This document shows, piece by piece, positions 22,714 through 35,291 of a stretch of 64,000 bases of DNA. The notes beneath the pieces are model-generated. The model was not told where the DNA came from. It ran no database searches and saw only the letters and a list, made by a program, of their open reading frames with translations. Made by a program: the position numbers and the translations under genes. Location: positions 12,710,001-12,774,000 of the forward strand of contig OZ024762.1 in assembly GCA_964016885.1 (NCBI GenBank). The letters run 5' to 3'. Origin of the DNA: Eledone cirrhosa (Eukaryota). Every line of letters starts with the position of its first letter. The first letter of the stretch is position 1.

Positions 22714-23059
22714 GGAGGCACATGGCTTAGTGGTTAGAGCATTGGCGTTGCAATCGAAAGGTTGTGAGTTCAATTCTCAGACCGGGTGATGTGTTGTTTC
22801 CTTGAGCAAGGCACTTTATTTCACATTGCTCCAGTTTACTCAGCTGTAGAAATGAGATGATAGGACTGGGTCCCTATCATTCCACTGCAAAGTGGTCGTG
22901 GAGGTGCCACGACAAAAAAGCACCCAGCACTCACTGTAAATGAGGTTGGTGTTAGGAAGGGCATCCGGCTGTAGAAATCAAGCCAGAATCAGTTCCCGTC
23001 CCACCCTTGCAAGCAGGGAAAAAGCGGACGTAAAATGAAATGATGATGATGATGATGAT
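22714..23059 (+). mobile_element. SINE family 1, full length
   Basis: ggaggcacatggcttagtggttagagc (A box), gagttcaattct (B box), RTE-type tail and (GAT)n. Confidence 0.9.
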
Positions 23060-23132
23060 ATATAGAAAGAGAGAGAGGTACATATAGATATATGTGTATA
23101 TATATATAGAAAGAGAGAGAGGTACATATAGA

Positions 23133-23214
<82 letters not shown>

Positions 23215-23230
23215 CATATAGATATATGTG

Positions 23231-23269
<39 letters not shown>

Positions 23270-23288
23270 GTACATATAGATATATGTG

Positions 23289-23321
<33 letters not shown>

Positions 23322-23332
23322 GTACATATAGA

Positions 23333-23401
<69 letters not shown>

Positions 23402-23420
23402 GTACATATAGATATATGTG

Positions 23421-23502
<82 letters not shown>

Positions 23503-23518
23503 CATATAGATATATGTG
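23060..23518. repeat. Compound repeat [ggtacatatagatatatgtg(TA)n(GA)n] x7
   Basis: Anchor seen at about 23078, 23121, 23211, 23269, 23321, 23401 and 23499. Confidence 0.85.
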
Positions 23519-23575
23519 TTCAATCATGTGGTGTTTATAGCTGATTGTTGTTTTTCAATTATTGTTTTGTTGCAG

Positions 23576-23725
23576 TTGCTGTAGAGAAGATAAATGAAAA
23601 GCTAGATGAGTGTGAGATATCCGGCCATCTTATATTGCCATATATGGCATTAACTCCAAACATGGTGCTGCCTCTTTTTAGAGCTATCAAGTACCAAAAT
23701 AACTTGGGTTTTATCAACCTTACTG
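23576..23725 (+). CDS. TONSL: TONSL exon (LRR region)
   Basis: ttgcag| acceptor and tg|gtagg donor; ...MALTPNMVLPLFRAIKYQNNLGFINLT; 150 nt, phase 1-1. Confidence 0.9.
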
Positions 23726-23756
23726 GTAGGTATTCTTACAATGTTTGTATGTGTAT

Positions 23757-25625
23757 TATCATCGTTTAACATCCATTTTCCATGCTGCATGGGTTAGACG
23801 GGTTGTCCCATTTAAGGCAAACCAAATTGGGTCAGGTGACCCTGTCTTGCTCATATAAAACTGTTTCTGGCTAGGTTTCTATGGCTGGGTGTCCTTCCTA
23901 ACACCAACCACATTTACAGTGTGTACTGGGTGCTTTTTTGTTGTGACACCTACATGACCACTTTACAGTGTGTACTGGGTGCTTTTTGTCGTGACACCTA
24001 CATGACCACTTTACAGTGTGGATTGGGTGCTTTTTGTCGTGACACCTACATGACCACTTTACAGTATGTACTGGGTGCTTTTTGTCGTGACACCTACATG
24101 ACCACTTTACAGTGTGGATTGGGTGCTTTTTGTCGTGACACCTACATGACCACTTTACAGTATGTACTGGGTGCTTTTTGTCGTGACACCTACATGACCA
24201 CTTTACAGTGTGGATTGGGTGCTTTTTGTCGTGACACCTACATGACCACTTTACAGTGTGGATTGGGTGCTTTTTGTCGTGACACCTACATGACCACTTT
24301 ACAGTATGTACTGGGTGCTTTTTGTCGTGACACATACATGACCACTTTACAGTATGTACTGGGTGCTTTTTGTCGTGACACCTACACGACCACTTTACAG
24401 TGTGGATTGGGTGCTTTTTGTCGTGACACATACATGACCACTTTACAGTATGTACTGGGTGCTTTTTGTTGTGACACCTACATGACCACTTTACAGTATG
24501 TACTGGGTGCTTTTTGTTGTGACACATACATGACCACTTTACAGTATGTACTGGGTGCTTTTTGTTGTGACACCTACATGACCACTTTACAGTGTGTACT
24601 GGGTGCTTTTTTGTTGTGACACCTACATGACCACTTTACAGTGTGGATTGGGTGCTTTTTGTCGTGACACCTACATGACCACTTTACAGTGTGGATTGGG
24701 TGCTTTTTGTCGTGACACCTACATGACCACTTTACAGTATGGGCTGGGTGCTTTTTGTCGTGACACATACATGACCACTTTACAGTATGTACTGGGTGCT
24801 TTTTGTCGTGACACCTACATGACCACTTTACAGTGTGTACTGAGTGCTTTTTTGTTGTGACACCTACATGACCACTTTACAGTGTGGATTGGGTGCTTTT
24901 TGTCGTGACACCTACATGACCAGTTTACAGTGCGGATTGGGTGCTTTTTGTCGTGACACCTACATGACCACTTTACAGTGTGGGCTGGGTGCTTTTTGTC
25001 GTGACACCTACATGACCACTTTACAGTGTGGACTGGGTGCTTTTTGTCGTGACACCTACATGACCACTTTACAGTGTGGACTGGGTGCTTTTTGTCGTGA
25101 CACCTACATGACCACTTTACAGTGTGGGCTGGGTGCTTTTTGTCGTGACACCTACATGACCACTTTACAGTATGTACTGGGAGCTTTTTGTCGTGACACC
25201 TACATGACCACTTTACAGTGTGGATTGGGTGCTTTTTGTCGTGACACCTATATGACCACTTTACAGTGTGAACTGAGTGCTTTTTGTTGTGACACCTACA
25301 TGACCACTTTACAGTGTGAACTGAGTGCTTTTTGTTGTGACACCTACATGACCACTTTACAGTGTGAACTGAGTGCTTTTTGTTGTGACACCTACATGAC
25401 CACTTTACAGTGTGAACTGAGTGCTTTTTGTTGTGACACCTACATGACCACTTTACAGTGTGAACTGAGTGCTTTTTGTTGTGACACCTACATGACCACT
25501 TTATAGTGTGAACTGAGTGCTTTTTGTTGTGACACCTACATGACCACTTTACAGTGTGGAGTGGGTGCTTTTTGTTGTGACACCTACATGACCACTTTAC
25601 AGTGTGGAGTGGGTGCTTTTTGTTG
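23757..25625 (-). repeat. RTE/SINE 3' tail remnant (23757-23910) running into a 48-bp minisatellite (~36 units)
   Basis: Unit gacacctacatgaccactttacagtgtggattgggtgctttttgtcgt; homologous to the 1-3 copy motif in the LINE and SINE 3' UTRs. Confidence 0.92.
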
Positions 25626-25821
25626 TTTCACACAACCACTTTATTGTTTCCACTATGCTAGCATGGGTTGAATAGATCCTGCTCAGCACAGTGATGATAG
25701 TGATGATGATGATAATGATGTTGATGACGAATGTCTATTTTTTTTTTTGATTTTAATTTTTTTTTTTTGTAAATATATATTTTTTATTTCCAAAACTTTA
25801 TTTCCCAATCTATCTTTGTAG

Positions 25822-26045
25822 GTAATCGTCTCGGTGATGTCGGTGTTCAGTCTCTATCTGAAGTACTCAATACGGTACCATCTGTGACGTCTCTTAACAT
25901 CTCCTGTAATGGAATCACTCTGAAGGGTTTGAAACATCTCAGCAGTGTTCTGGAAGCTTCCTACGGTACTTCCTTCACTGGACAACGACAACGGCAACAG
26001 CAACAACACACTGTTCCGTGGGATATGGCCAAGAAACCATTGCAG
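25822..26045 (+). CDS. TONSL: TONSL exon (LRR)
   Basis: ttgtag| acceptor and cag|gtaac donor; GNRLGDVGVQSLSEVLNTVPSVTSLNISCNGITLKGLKHL; phase 1-0. Confidence 0.92.
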
Positions 26046-26265
26046 GTAACTATGGTAACCTCTTCAGTTTGTGTCGGTGGTGCCGGGTGCCGTTCCCGGG
26101 TGGTTCAGGATTGGTGGGGTACCTGAATGAACCCTGGGTGGTCACCCACCCTCCCCCTCCCCCCTTATTGGGGAATGTTTTATATTTGTTGTATTTTTGT
26201 TGTATTTTTGTTATTGTCATTTATATTGTTTACACGTATATGTAAATCCCCACTCTCCCTGTCTT

Positions 26266-26395
26266 TTTACGGTCTGAGTTCAAATCCCGCTGAAGTTAAC
26301 TTTGCCTTACATCCTTACGGGATTGATAAAATAAAGTACCAGTAATGTACTGGGTAATTGCTGGCCTCGTGCCTAAAATAGAAACAATTATTAGC
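26266..26395 (+). mobile_element. SINE family 2 fragment
   Basis: gagttcaaatcc B box, aactttgccttacatccttacgggattgataaaataaagtaccagt, gcctaaaatagaaac; related copies near 30386, 54150 and 60264. Confidence 0.75.
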
Positions 26396-26414
26396 ATTGT
26401 TACTATTATTCCAG

Positions 26415-26604
26415 AAGCTGGAGTCACTCAACCTCAGCTACAACCACCTGACAGATGAGTGTTGTGGTACACTCATGGTCCTACTCCAACATCTGCCGTC
26501 ACTCACTCACCTGGCTATAGCCTCGTGTCAGCTGAGTCACACCTTCTTTGAACAGGCTTACCGATTACAGCCGACTCTCACCTCCCCTGCTGGACATATG
26601 GCAG
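26415..26604 (+). CDS. TONSL: TONSL exon (LRR)
   Basis: ttccag| acceptor and cag|gtagga donor; KLESLNLSYNHLTDECCGTLMVLLQHLPSLTHLAIASCQL; phase 0-1. Confidence 0.92.
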
Positions 26605-26623
26605 GTAGGAATCTCTTGACCTA

Positions 26624-27025
26624 TATCACTATCATCACCACCACCATTACTATCATCACCACCACCATTACTATCATCATCACCACCACCATCATTATCA
26701 TCACCACCACCACCACCACCATCATCACTATCATCACCACCACCACCATCACTATCATCACCACCACCACCTCCATCACCACCACCATTACCATCATCAC
26801 CACCACCATTACTATCATCACCACCACCATCATTATCATCACCACCACCACCATCATCACTATCATCACTATCATCACCACCACCACCTCCATCACCACC
26901 ACCACCATTACTATCACCACCACCACCACCATTACTATCACCACCACCACCATCATTATTGCTATCACAACCATCACCACCACCACCACCACCATCATCA
27001 TTACTATCGCTATCATCATCATCAT
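26624..27025. repeat. (CAC/CAT/TAC)n trinucleotide field
   Basis: Seen directly. Confidence 0.9.
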
Positions 27026-27104
27026 GTTAATATCCCTCCCTTCCCTTCCATTTCACCCTCACATATCATATATTAACATCTCTCTCTCTCTCTCTCTCCT
27101 CCAG

Positions 27105-27280
27105 CTTGCTATCTTCAACATGTCGATATCTCCAGCAACAAACTAGAATCCTCCGGTATCCGTCTTCTCTTCAAATGGTTAGATCCGACACAACTGACCA
27201 GTCTAGATATGTCCTGGACGACCACATCTTCCTTAACGAACCAACTCGTTTGTAACTCTTTAATGAATTTCTTACCTTTG
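27105..27280 (+). CDS. TONSL: TONSL exon (LRR)
   Basis: (TC)n ctccag| acceptor and ttg|gtaagt donor; CYLQHVDISSNKLESSGIRLLFKWLDPTQLTSLDMSW; phase 1-0. Confidence 0.88.
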
Positions 27281-27356
27281 GTAAGTTATCCTTTCTTTCT
27301 TTCTTGTTTGATTATTTTTTTTATATACTGAGGTCATAATGATGATGATGATGTCA

Positions 27357-28556
27357 ACATTATGAGGCACTGACCTACATTATGAGGCACTGACCTACAT
27401 TATGAGACACTGACCAACATTATGAGACACTGACCAACATTATGAGACACACACCTACATTATGAGACACTGACCAACATTATGAGACACACACCTACAT
27501 TATGAGACACTGACCAACATTATGAGACACACACCTACATTATGAGACACTGACCTACATTATGAGACACTGACCAACATTATGAGACACTGACCAACAT
27601 TATGAGACACACCTACATTATGAGACACTGACCTACATTATGAGACACTGACCTACATTATGAGACACTGACCAACATTGTGAGACACACACCTACATTA
27701 TGAGACACACACCTACATTATGAGACACTGACCAACATTATGAGACACACACCTACATTATGAGACACACACCTACATTATGAGACACTGACCTACATTA
27801 TGAGACTCACACCTACATTATGAGACACTGACCAACATTATGAGACACACCAACATTATGAGACACACACCTACATTATGAGACACTGACCAACATTATG
27901 AGACTCACACCTACATTATGAGACACACACCTACATTATGAGACACTGACCAACATTATGAGACACACACCTACATTATGAGACACACACCTACATTATG
28001 AGACACTGACCTACATTATGAGACACACACCTACATTATGAGACACTGACCAACATTATGAGACACACACCTACATTATGAGACACACACCTACATTATG
28101 AGACACTGACCTACATTATGAGACACACACCTACATTATGAGACACTGACCAACATTATGAGACACATACCTACATTATGAGACACTGACCAACATTATG
28201 AGACACACACCTACATTATGAGACACACACCTACATTATGAGACACTGACCAACATTATGAGACACACACTTACATTATGAGACACTGACCAACATTATG
28301 AGACACACACCTACATTATGAGACACACACCTACATTATGAGACACTGACCTACATTATGAGACACAAACCACATTATGAGACACTGACCAACATTATGA
28401 GACACACCTACATTATGAGACACTGACCTACATTATGAGACACACACCTACATTATGAGACACTGACCTACATTATGAGACACTGACCTACATTATGAGA
28501 CACACACCTACATTATGAGATACACACCTACATTATTAAACACAGACCTACATTAT
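27357..28556. repeat. 20-bp minisatellite (~60 units)
   Basis: Unit acattatgagacac(tg/ac)acc(t/a) with interspersed variants. Confidence 0.95.
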
Positions 28557-28582
28557 CAGAGTACTCAATACTGTATTTTCAG

Positions 28583-28659
28583 TGTGAAGATCCGAAATTA
28601 CAGAGTCTGTCTCTTGTTGGTTGTGACCTGAGTTTAGAGGATGGTGACCTGTTGGTACG
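28583..28659 (+). CDS. TONSL: TONSL exon (LRR)
   Basis: tttcag| acceptor and cg|gtaagt donor; CEDPKLQSLSLVGCDLSLEDGDLLV; phase 0-2. Confidence 0.85.
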
Positions 28660-28789
28660 GTAAGTTTGGCTTTGTATTACTGTTTTATACGACTACCACA
28701 TGGTTAGACACCATCCACTGACCCCTCCACCACTGACAGACACCACCCATCTACTCACCACTGCCAGATACCACCACCCACATCAAGCC

Positions 28790-29112
28790 ATTACCTGCAG
28801 CCTTAGATATTCAGGATGTATCGGAGGGTTCTTGCTGTTCCCAGCAAGCATGTCTTTTGAAGTATTAAAAAAAAAGGGGGCTGGCCTAATCTTCTTTAAC
28901 CATCCTTGAAAACTCTTTGAGATAGTACCTAGTGCTCCTATGACAACCAGAACGACGTTGATCTCATCACAGTCCCAAATCCTTTTTAATTCCCACTTTA
29001 AATCCTGGTATCAGTTAATTTTCTCCTCCTTTTCTTGCACTCTCGTGTCAAAGAGGCAGGCTACATCTACAATCAGGCACAATCTTTTTTCTTTGTCAAA
29101 AACTATTATCTA
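28790..29112 (-). mobile_element. 3' fragment of an RLE-type non-LTR retrotransposon (R4/Dong-like), degenerate
   Basis: Minus-strand translation DKEK.LCLIVDVACLFDTRVQEKEEKIN*YQDLKWELKRIWD..VVIGALGTISK..WL..LQKTCLLGTARTLR, typical of the restriction-like endonuclease C-terminus. Confidence 0.75.
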
Positions 29113-29409
29113 TATAATACTAAAAGTCTGTGATTGCTTGCTTGTCTGTAAAGAAATACAGTGAAAAGGGTGCATAAAGGGAAAATACTTTGAAAGGAAG
29201 TTGATCCTGAAATGGGAATACAAATGGAATAAAACAAGTTTCATGTAAATTGGACCACAGGCTCCCCGAGATATGGGGATTCTGGGTACCTTCACAAACA
29301 GAGAGAGAAAGCGATATATATATACATATACACATACATATATAGTCCACCCTTGCAAACAGGGAAAAGCGGATGTAAAATGACGACGATGACGATATAT
29401 ATATACACA

Positions 29410-29745
29410 GAGGCACATGGCTTAGTGGTTAGAGCATTGGCCTTGCAATCGAAAGGTTGTGAGTTAAATTCTCAGACCAGGTGATGTGTTGTTTCCTTGA
29501 GCAAGGCACTTTATTTCACATTGCTCCAGTTTACTCAGCTGTAGAAATGAGATGATAGGGACTGGGGTCCCTATCATTCCACTGCAAAGTGGTCGTGGAG
29601 GTGTCGCGGCAAAAAAGCACCCAGCATTCACTGTAAATGAGGTTGGTGTTAGGAAGGGCATCCAGCTGTAGAAATCAAGCCAGAATCAGTTCCTGTCCCA
29701 CCCTTGCAAGCAGGGAAAAGCGGACGTAAAATGAAATGATGATGA
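29410..29745 (+). mobile_element. SINE family 1, full length
   Basis: Nearly identical to 22714-23059. Confidence 0.9.
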
Positions 29746-29969
29746 CACACACACACATACATTTATATATATATACATACACACACGTAATATATATATA
29801 TGGGCCTTCCAGTTTCATTTCACATTATATACATGTTTGTGTATATTTTAATTATTTGAAAATTATTTTTAAGTGAACATGATTAAAAAAAAAAAATATA
29901 ATGAAGTGGGCATGACCCATGGGTGACAGGTGGTGTAGTTGTTGTTATTATTTTATTTATCTTTCACAG

Positions 29970-30336
29970 TCTGCCATGCTTCGCCACCAGGCTGCAGTTC
30001 CTGGATCTTTCCAGTAACCCCCAGTTTGAACAACCCTTTCTACTGCAGCTCCTTGAGAATGCTTCCAGCAATGTTGACTGTGCCCTGGAAGAGATCACCA
30101 TGATAGACTGTGGCATCTGTGGCCCGCTCACCTCAGACTTACTGGACAGTCTGGTCAACAAGTTGTCTGCGACCATCCCGGTGGCAAAGTTACACTTCAG
30201 CTGTGAAAAACTGGATGCCGTTGACCGGAACAGCTTGAAACAAGTTTGGTGTGGACATTGGGGTGACTTAGCTGTTTGTAATTTTACCGGAGGAGGGGAC
30301 ATTATCCAGCTGTCGGTCAGGAACGGTGTTTTTTGA
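29970..30336 (+). CDS. TONSL: TONSL terminal coding exon
   Basis: tcacag| acceptor, phase 2; LQFLDLSSNP..LLQLL..LEEITMIDCGICGPL..KLHFSCEKLDAVDRNSLKQVW; stop TGA 30334-36. Confidence 0.9.
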
Positions 30337-30385
30337 TTGAAGAAACACAGAAACTTGTGGGTTTTTTTCTCATAAACTATTTAAT

Positions 30386-30735
30386 TAGGTGACAAATTGG
30401 CAGAGTCGTTAAAACATCAGATGGAATGTTTTGTGATATTTGTTTCAGGATTCTGTGTTCAAACCCCACCAAGGTCAACTTTACTTTTCACCCTTTAACC
30501 CTTTAACATTTACATTACTCTATATATACCATTGTATTTTTGTGATAAACACATAATTATCTCACATAATATCGAATCTATGAGATTTTGATATTATTTG
30601 TTTTAAGAACAATACCTTAACATAAGTATGAGTAGCCAGTTTGAACAGAAGAGAATTCTGGCTGGAGACGGTGGGTTTAAATGCTAAAGAGTTAAAGGTT
30701 GATAATAAAATGTACCAGTCAAATACTGGGGTTGA
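30386..30735 (+). mobile_element. SINE family 2 copy in the TONSL 3' UTR, split by a MITE
   Basis: ttggcagagtcgtta..gttcaaacccc..gtcaactttacttttcaccct, then the MITE, then ggttgataataaaatgtaccagtcaaatactgggg. Confidence 0.65.
30499..30691 (-). mobile_element. piggyBac-like MITE, complete (193 bp)
   Basis: TTAA on both sides (30495-98 and 30692-95); imperfect TIRs ccctttaacattta / taaatgctaaagag. Confidence 0.8.
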
Positions 30736-31207
30736 TTCTTCCTCTCTATCTCTTCCGTGTTTACATTCTATCACTCACTGGAAGAAACTGGCTGGAAAGG
30801 AGATGGATTCTGCCTGGTTTAAAGTGCCCTTACATATGTCACCATGGTACCTATGTCACCTTGTCACCTCTACAAATCCACTGAGAGTTACAGACACTAT
30901 ATATGCATATATTTATATATTTATTTATTCCAAAGAGACATTTGTTGTAAGTGTACAATTTCAGTAAACAGATCTTGTCACTATTTACTTATCATGCCCC
31001 TACATTTGCAATTGATAAATGAAATATTGGAAGCCTAAGTATGGCATACATCACCTTCCAGGTTTGATAAATGAAATATTGGGTCGTCAAGTATGAAATT
31101 TGTAGAAATTTGTTTTTTATCTCTACAAATTTCTACAAATTTCATACTTGACCCAATACATTTAAAGCCAAACTATTTATTTTAAATATCATCCCCCCCA
31201 ATTGATA

Positions 31208-31213
31208 AATAAA
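31208..31213 (+). terminator. Candidate TONSL polyadenylation signal (alternative at 30704-30709)
   Basis: AATAAA followed by a T/GT-rich tract near 31270-31310. Confidence 0.4.
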
Positions 31214-31406
31214 ATACATTGTAAGCCAAACGGGAGACATGTTGACTTCTGAACAATTTCTGGAATGCAGTATGTATTTTGTTTTATTTTACTTTTGTCA
31301 TTTGTTTAACACACATACACACTTGTTGGTGAATATGTAGTCTCTGGTATATATATATATATATATATCATTATCATCATTTTATATATACATATATCTA
31401 TGTATA

Positions 31407-31791
31407 TCATCATCATCATCACCGTTTTATGTCCGTTCTTCCACGCTAGCATGGGTTAGACTGTTGTGGGCAGTGTCTGGCCGGCTGACCATGTCTTGCT
31501 CAGACGGGAACTGATTCTGGCTTGATTTCTACAGCTGGATGCCCTTCCTAACACCAATCTCATTTACAGTGAGTGCTGGGTGCTTTTTTGCCGTGACACC
31601 TCCACGACCACTTTACAGTGGAATGATAGGGACACCAGTTCCTATCATCTCATTTCTACAGCTGAGTAAACTGGAGCAATGTGAAATAAAGTGCCTTGCT
31701 CAAGGAAACAACACATCACCCGGTCTGAGAATTGAACTCACAACCTTTCGATTGCAAGGTCAATGCTCTAACCACTAAGCCATGTGCCTCC
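31407..31791 (-). mobile_element. SINE family 1 with the alternative (aacccatgctagcgtggaag) tail
   Basis: Same head and body as the 22714 copy; 3' end matches the RTE copies at 4258, 7571 and 9488. Confidence 0.9.
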
Positions 31792-31968
31792 ATAAGTGTG
31801 TGTGTGTATGTATGTATGTATGTATGTATGTATGTATGTATGTATGTATGTATGTATGTATATATATCGTCTAACCCATGCTAGCGTGGAAGATAGATGT
31901 TAAACGATGATGATGGTATATATATATTTAAGTATGTATAAGTATATATATAAATTTGTATGTATATA

Positions 31969-32011
<43 letters not shown>

Positions 32012-32576
32012 ATGAGAACAGTAGCTTCATATGTATTCCACCAAATTTATATTCATAGAAATCTGGGACTTGTTTCCTTCTTCATCACTTTCTGCTGCTT
32101 AAACCATTTTGTTTGTTTACCCTAGCGTCCCCTTTATTTACGTGTCCCAACGACTTTTTTTTAGCCGTTGCTCGCACCAACCTGAGGTATATGGCCTTTA
32201 ATGTGACGAAATGCCCATGACGGTTGGATGGCCACTGATGAGGACAAACTTTTTCATATATACACATATATACGTATGGTACAGCTTAAATTGGGCTATT
32301 TGTTTACAATGTATTAATGTGTCTGTATTCTATAGAATACAGACACATTAATACATATACCTCTACATACACTTATCTCTACAGAAAAAGTAGTAGTACA
32401 TATATATATATAACTGTATATGTACAGTAGGTGGTTTAACTTCTTAGAGCTACATTTATATAAATTAGGTTTGCATGTATCTAGATCTATTTATATAGAG
32501 GGAATGTATGCTTGTCTACAGAACAAAGTGTTAATATGTACAGTGAGAAACTTACTTCTTCAAAGGATGATAAGTT

Positions 32577-32607
<31 letters not shown>

Positions 32608-34029
32608 GTGGGTGTGTGTAATATAAAGAGAAATCATTTTAGAAAAGAAATACATTTATATATAGACAAGTATGTATATAGTGTCTAGAGGATAGGTTTC
32701 TAAAACAATTATGTAATTATTATATGTTGAGTGAAGTATTTTGTAGAGTTAACCTTATTTATATAGAATTTGAAGTTGGTGAAAATCGTAAAACTATTGA
32801 CTCTGTATATAGGTCGACCCCTTCTAACATCGAAGATTTGGTTATATATTCCTAGGCTTCTGTTTGTGTATATCCTGTTATATATATACAAAATACTAAC
32901 AGTCCTTTAATAGCTATATATCCTGTTATATATATACAATATACTAGTAGTCCCTTAATAGCTATATATCCTGTTATATATATACAATATACTAGTAGTC
33001 CCTTAATAGCTATATACCCTGTTATATATATATACAATATACTAGTAGTCCCTTAATAGCTATATATCCTGTTATATATATATATACAATATACTAGTAG
33101 TTCCTTAATGGCTATATATCCTGTTATATATATATACAATATACTAGTAGTCCCTTAATAGCTATATACCCTGTTATATATATATATATACAATATACTA
33201 GTAGTTCCTTAATAGCTATATACCCTGTTATATATATACAATATAGTAGTAGTCCCTTAATGGCTAATATAGTAGTAGTTCCTTAATGGCTATATACCCT
33301 GTTATATATATACAATATAGTAGTAGTCCCTTAATAGCTATATACCCTGTTATATATATATATATACAATATACTAGTAGTTCCTTAATGGCTATATACC
33401 CTGTTATATATGTACAATATAGTAGTAGTTCCTTAATGGCTATATACCCTGTTATATATATACAATCTATTAGTAGTTCCTTAATGGCTATATACCCTGT
33501 TATATATATACAATATACTAGTAGTCCCTTAATAGCTATATACCCTGTTATATATATATATATACAATATACTAGTAGTTCCTTAATAGCTATATACCCT
33601 GTTATATATATACAATATAGTAGTAGTCCCTTAATGGCTAATATAGTAGTAGTTCCTTAATGGCTATATACCCTGTTATATATATACAATATAGTAGTAG
33701 TCCCTTAATAGCTATATACCCTGTTATATATATATAAAATATAGTAGTAGTCCCTTAATAGCTATATACCCTGTTATATATATATACAATATACTAGTAG
33801 TCCCTTAATAGCTATATACCCTGTTATATATATACAATATACTAGTAGTCCCTTAATAGCTATATATCCTGTTATATATATATACAATATACTAGTAGTC
33901 CCTTAATAGCTATATACTCTGTTATATATGTACAAAATACTAGCAATTCTTCAATAGCTATATGCCCTGTTATATATATATATACAATATACTAGTAGTC
34001 CCTTAATAGCTATATAACCTGTTAGATAT

Positions 34030-34412
34030 AGAAATGGAATGACAGCGAGATAACAATGGGAATATGTTGTTATTTCACTCTTTACTTTCTTTTCTTTTAA
34101 AGAAAGAAAATGTTAGCTATAAGTATGACTATTTGACTCAGCAGAATTCCGGCTTGTGCGTGGCGGTGCAGGTAGCGTTCCTGGCTTGGCTGTCGTACTT
34201 ATGTATGGCTAACCACTCTATCGTGACTGAAGTTCGAATTGTTGTGGAGTCGGCTGGGTTCATTTGCAGGCTTGATCCTGGCGTGTCACGCGCATGAGTT
34301 TTTGCTACAGTTATCTCCCGTGAACTGGAATTATTTGCCCTTTGTGGAACTCTTCTTTCTTTGTTGTCTTTCTATTTAATGTATCGACCTGGTAACATCA
34401 TTCTATCTACAC
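34030..34412 (+). repeat. Module M copy 1 (5' part only)
   Basis: gaaatggaatgacagcgag...cattctatctacacc; nearly identical to 37262-37657. Confidence 0.9.
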
Positions 34413-35291
34413 CATTAAAGCCCGGTGTTGCTCGGGGTCAGTAAGTTACCAAAGTTAGGTTGCACCACCCATCTTATGACAGCACTTTTTTGTCTGCCAG
34501 GCACTGGGTGAATGAATTGCAGACATGGACTGCCGAAGCAGGAGCTGCGCCAGCAGTGACAATTATAGTTTCGCCTATGGATATTATCTCTGTGCAAAGA
34601 AGTGTTGAAATTTATTGTTTCACAGTACTTGCGCAACAAGCGCGTAGATGATGCCAGCCGAACAACAGAGCTGCGATGGAGTTCTGCATGGTTTTCTAAT
34701 GTGTGTTTTCTAAATTTAAGACAGTAGGGAGGGGTGTGATATGGGGGAGAGTTAGCTGCTGTTTCTAGCTAGTTTAGTTACCTCATAGGGCATATGTTTT
34801 CTAAATTTAAGACAGTAGGGAGTGGTGTGATATGGGGGAGAGTTAGCTGCTGTTTCTAGCAGGTTTAGTGACCTCATAGAGGATATTATTGTGTATAGTA
34901 AATGGACTGATACTTCTTTCTTCCACGTTCGTTGATAGATGTTTTAAAAAAGATTTATCGCTATTATTTTTGTTGTTGAATAAATTTATCTGTTGCTTTT
35001 GAATAATTTTTGTTTCGTATGAAATCTTTGTCATTGAAGTAAATAAATGTTTGACCGTTCCACACTCAAAAACAAATGTTCTCTCTCTCTCTCCCTCTCA
35101 CTCTCTTATATACCCTGTTATATATATATAGAATATACTAGTAGTTCCTTAATAGCTATATACCCTATTATATATATACGAAATACTAGTAGTTCCTTAA
35201 TAGCTATATACTAGTATTTCCTTAATAGCTATATACCCTGTTATATATATACAATATACTAGTAGTCCCTTAATAGTTATATACCCTGTTA

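Noticed and set aside
22714-22790. tRNA genes at the SINE heads
   Set aside because: A and B boxes are present, but the sequence continues into the SINE core and LINE tail with no proper acceptor stem or terminator.
32060-32090. Hammerhead on the minus strand (gtgatga..gaaacaagtc)
   Set aside because: The core lacks the initial C, and there is no stem II or convincing stem I.
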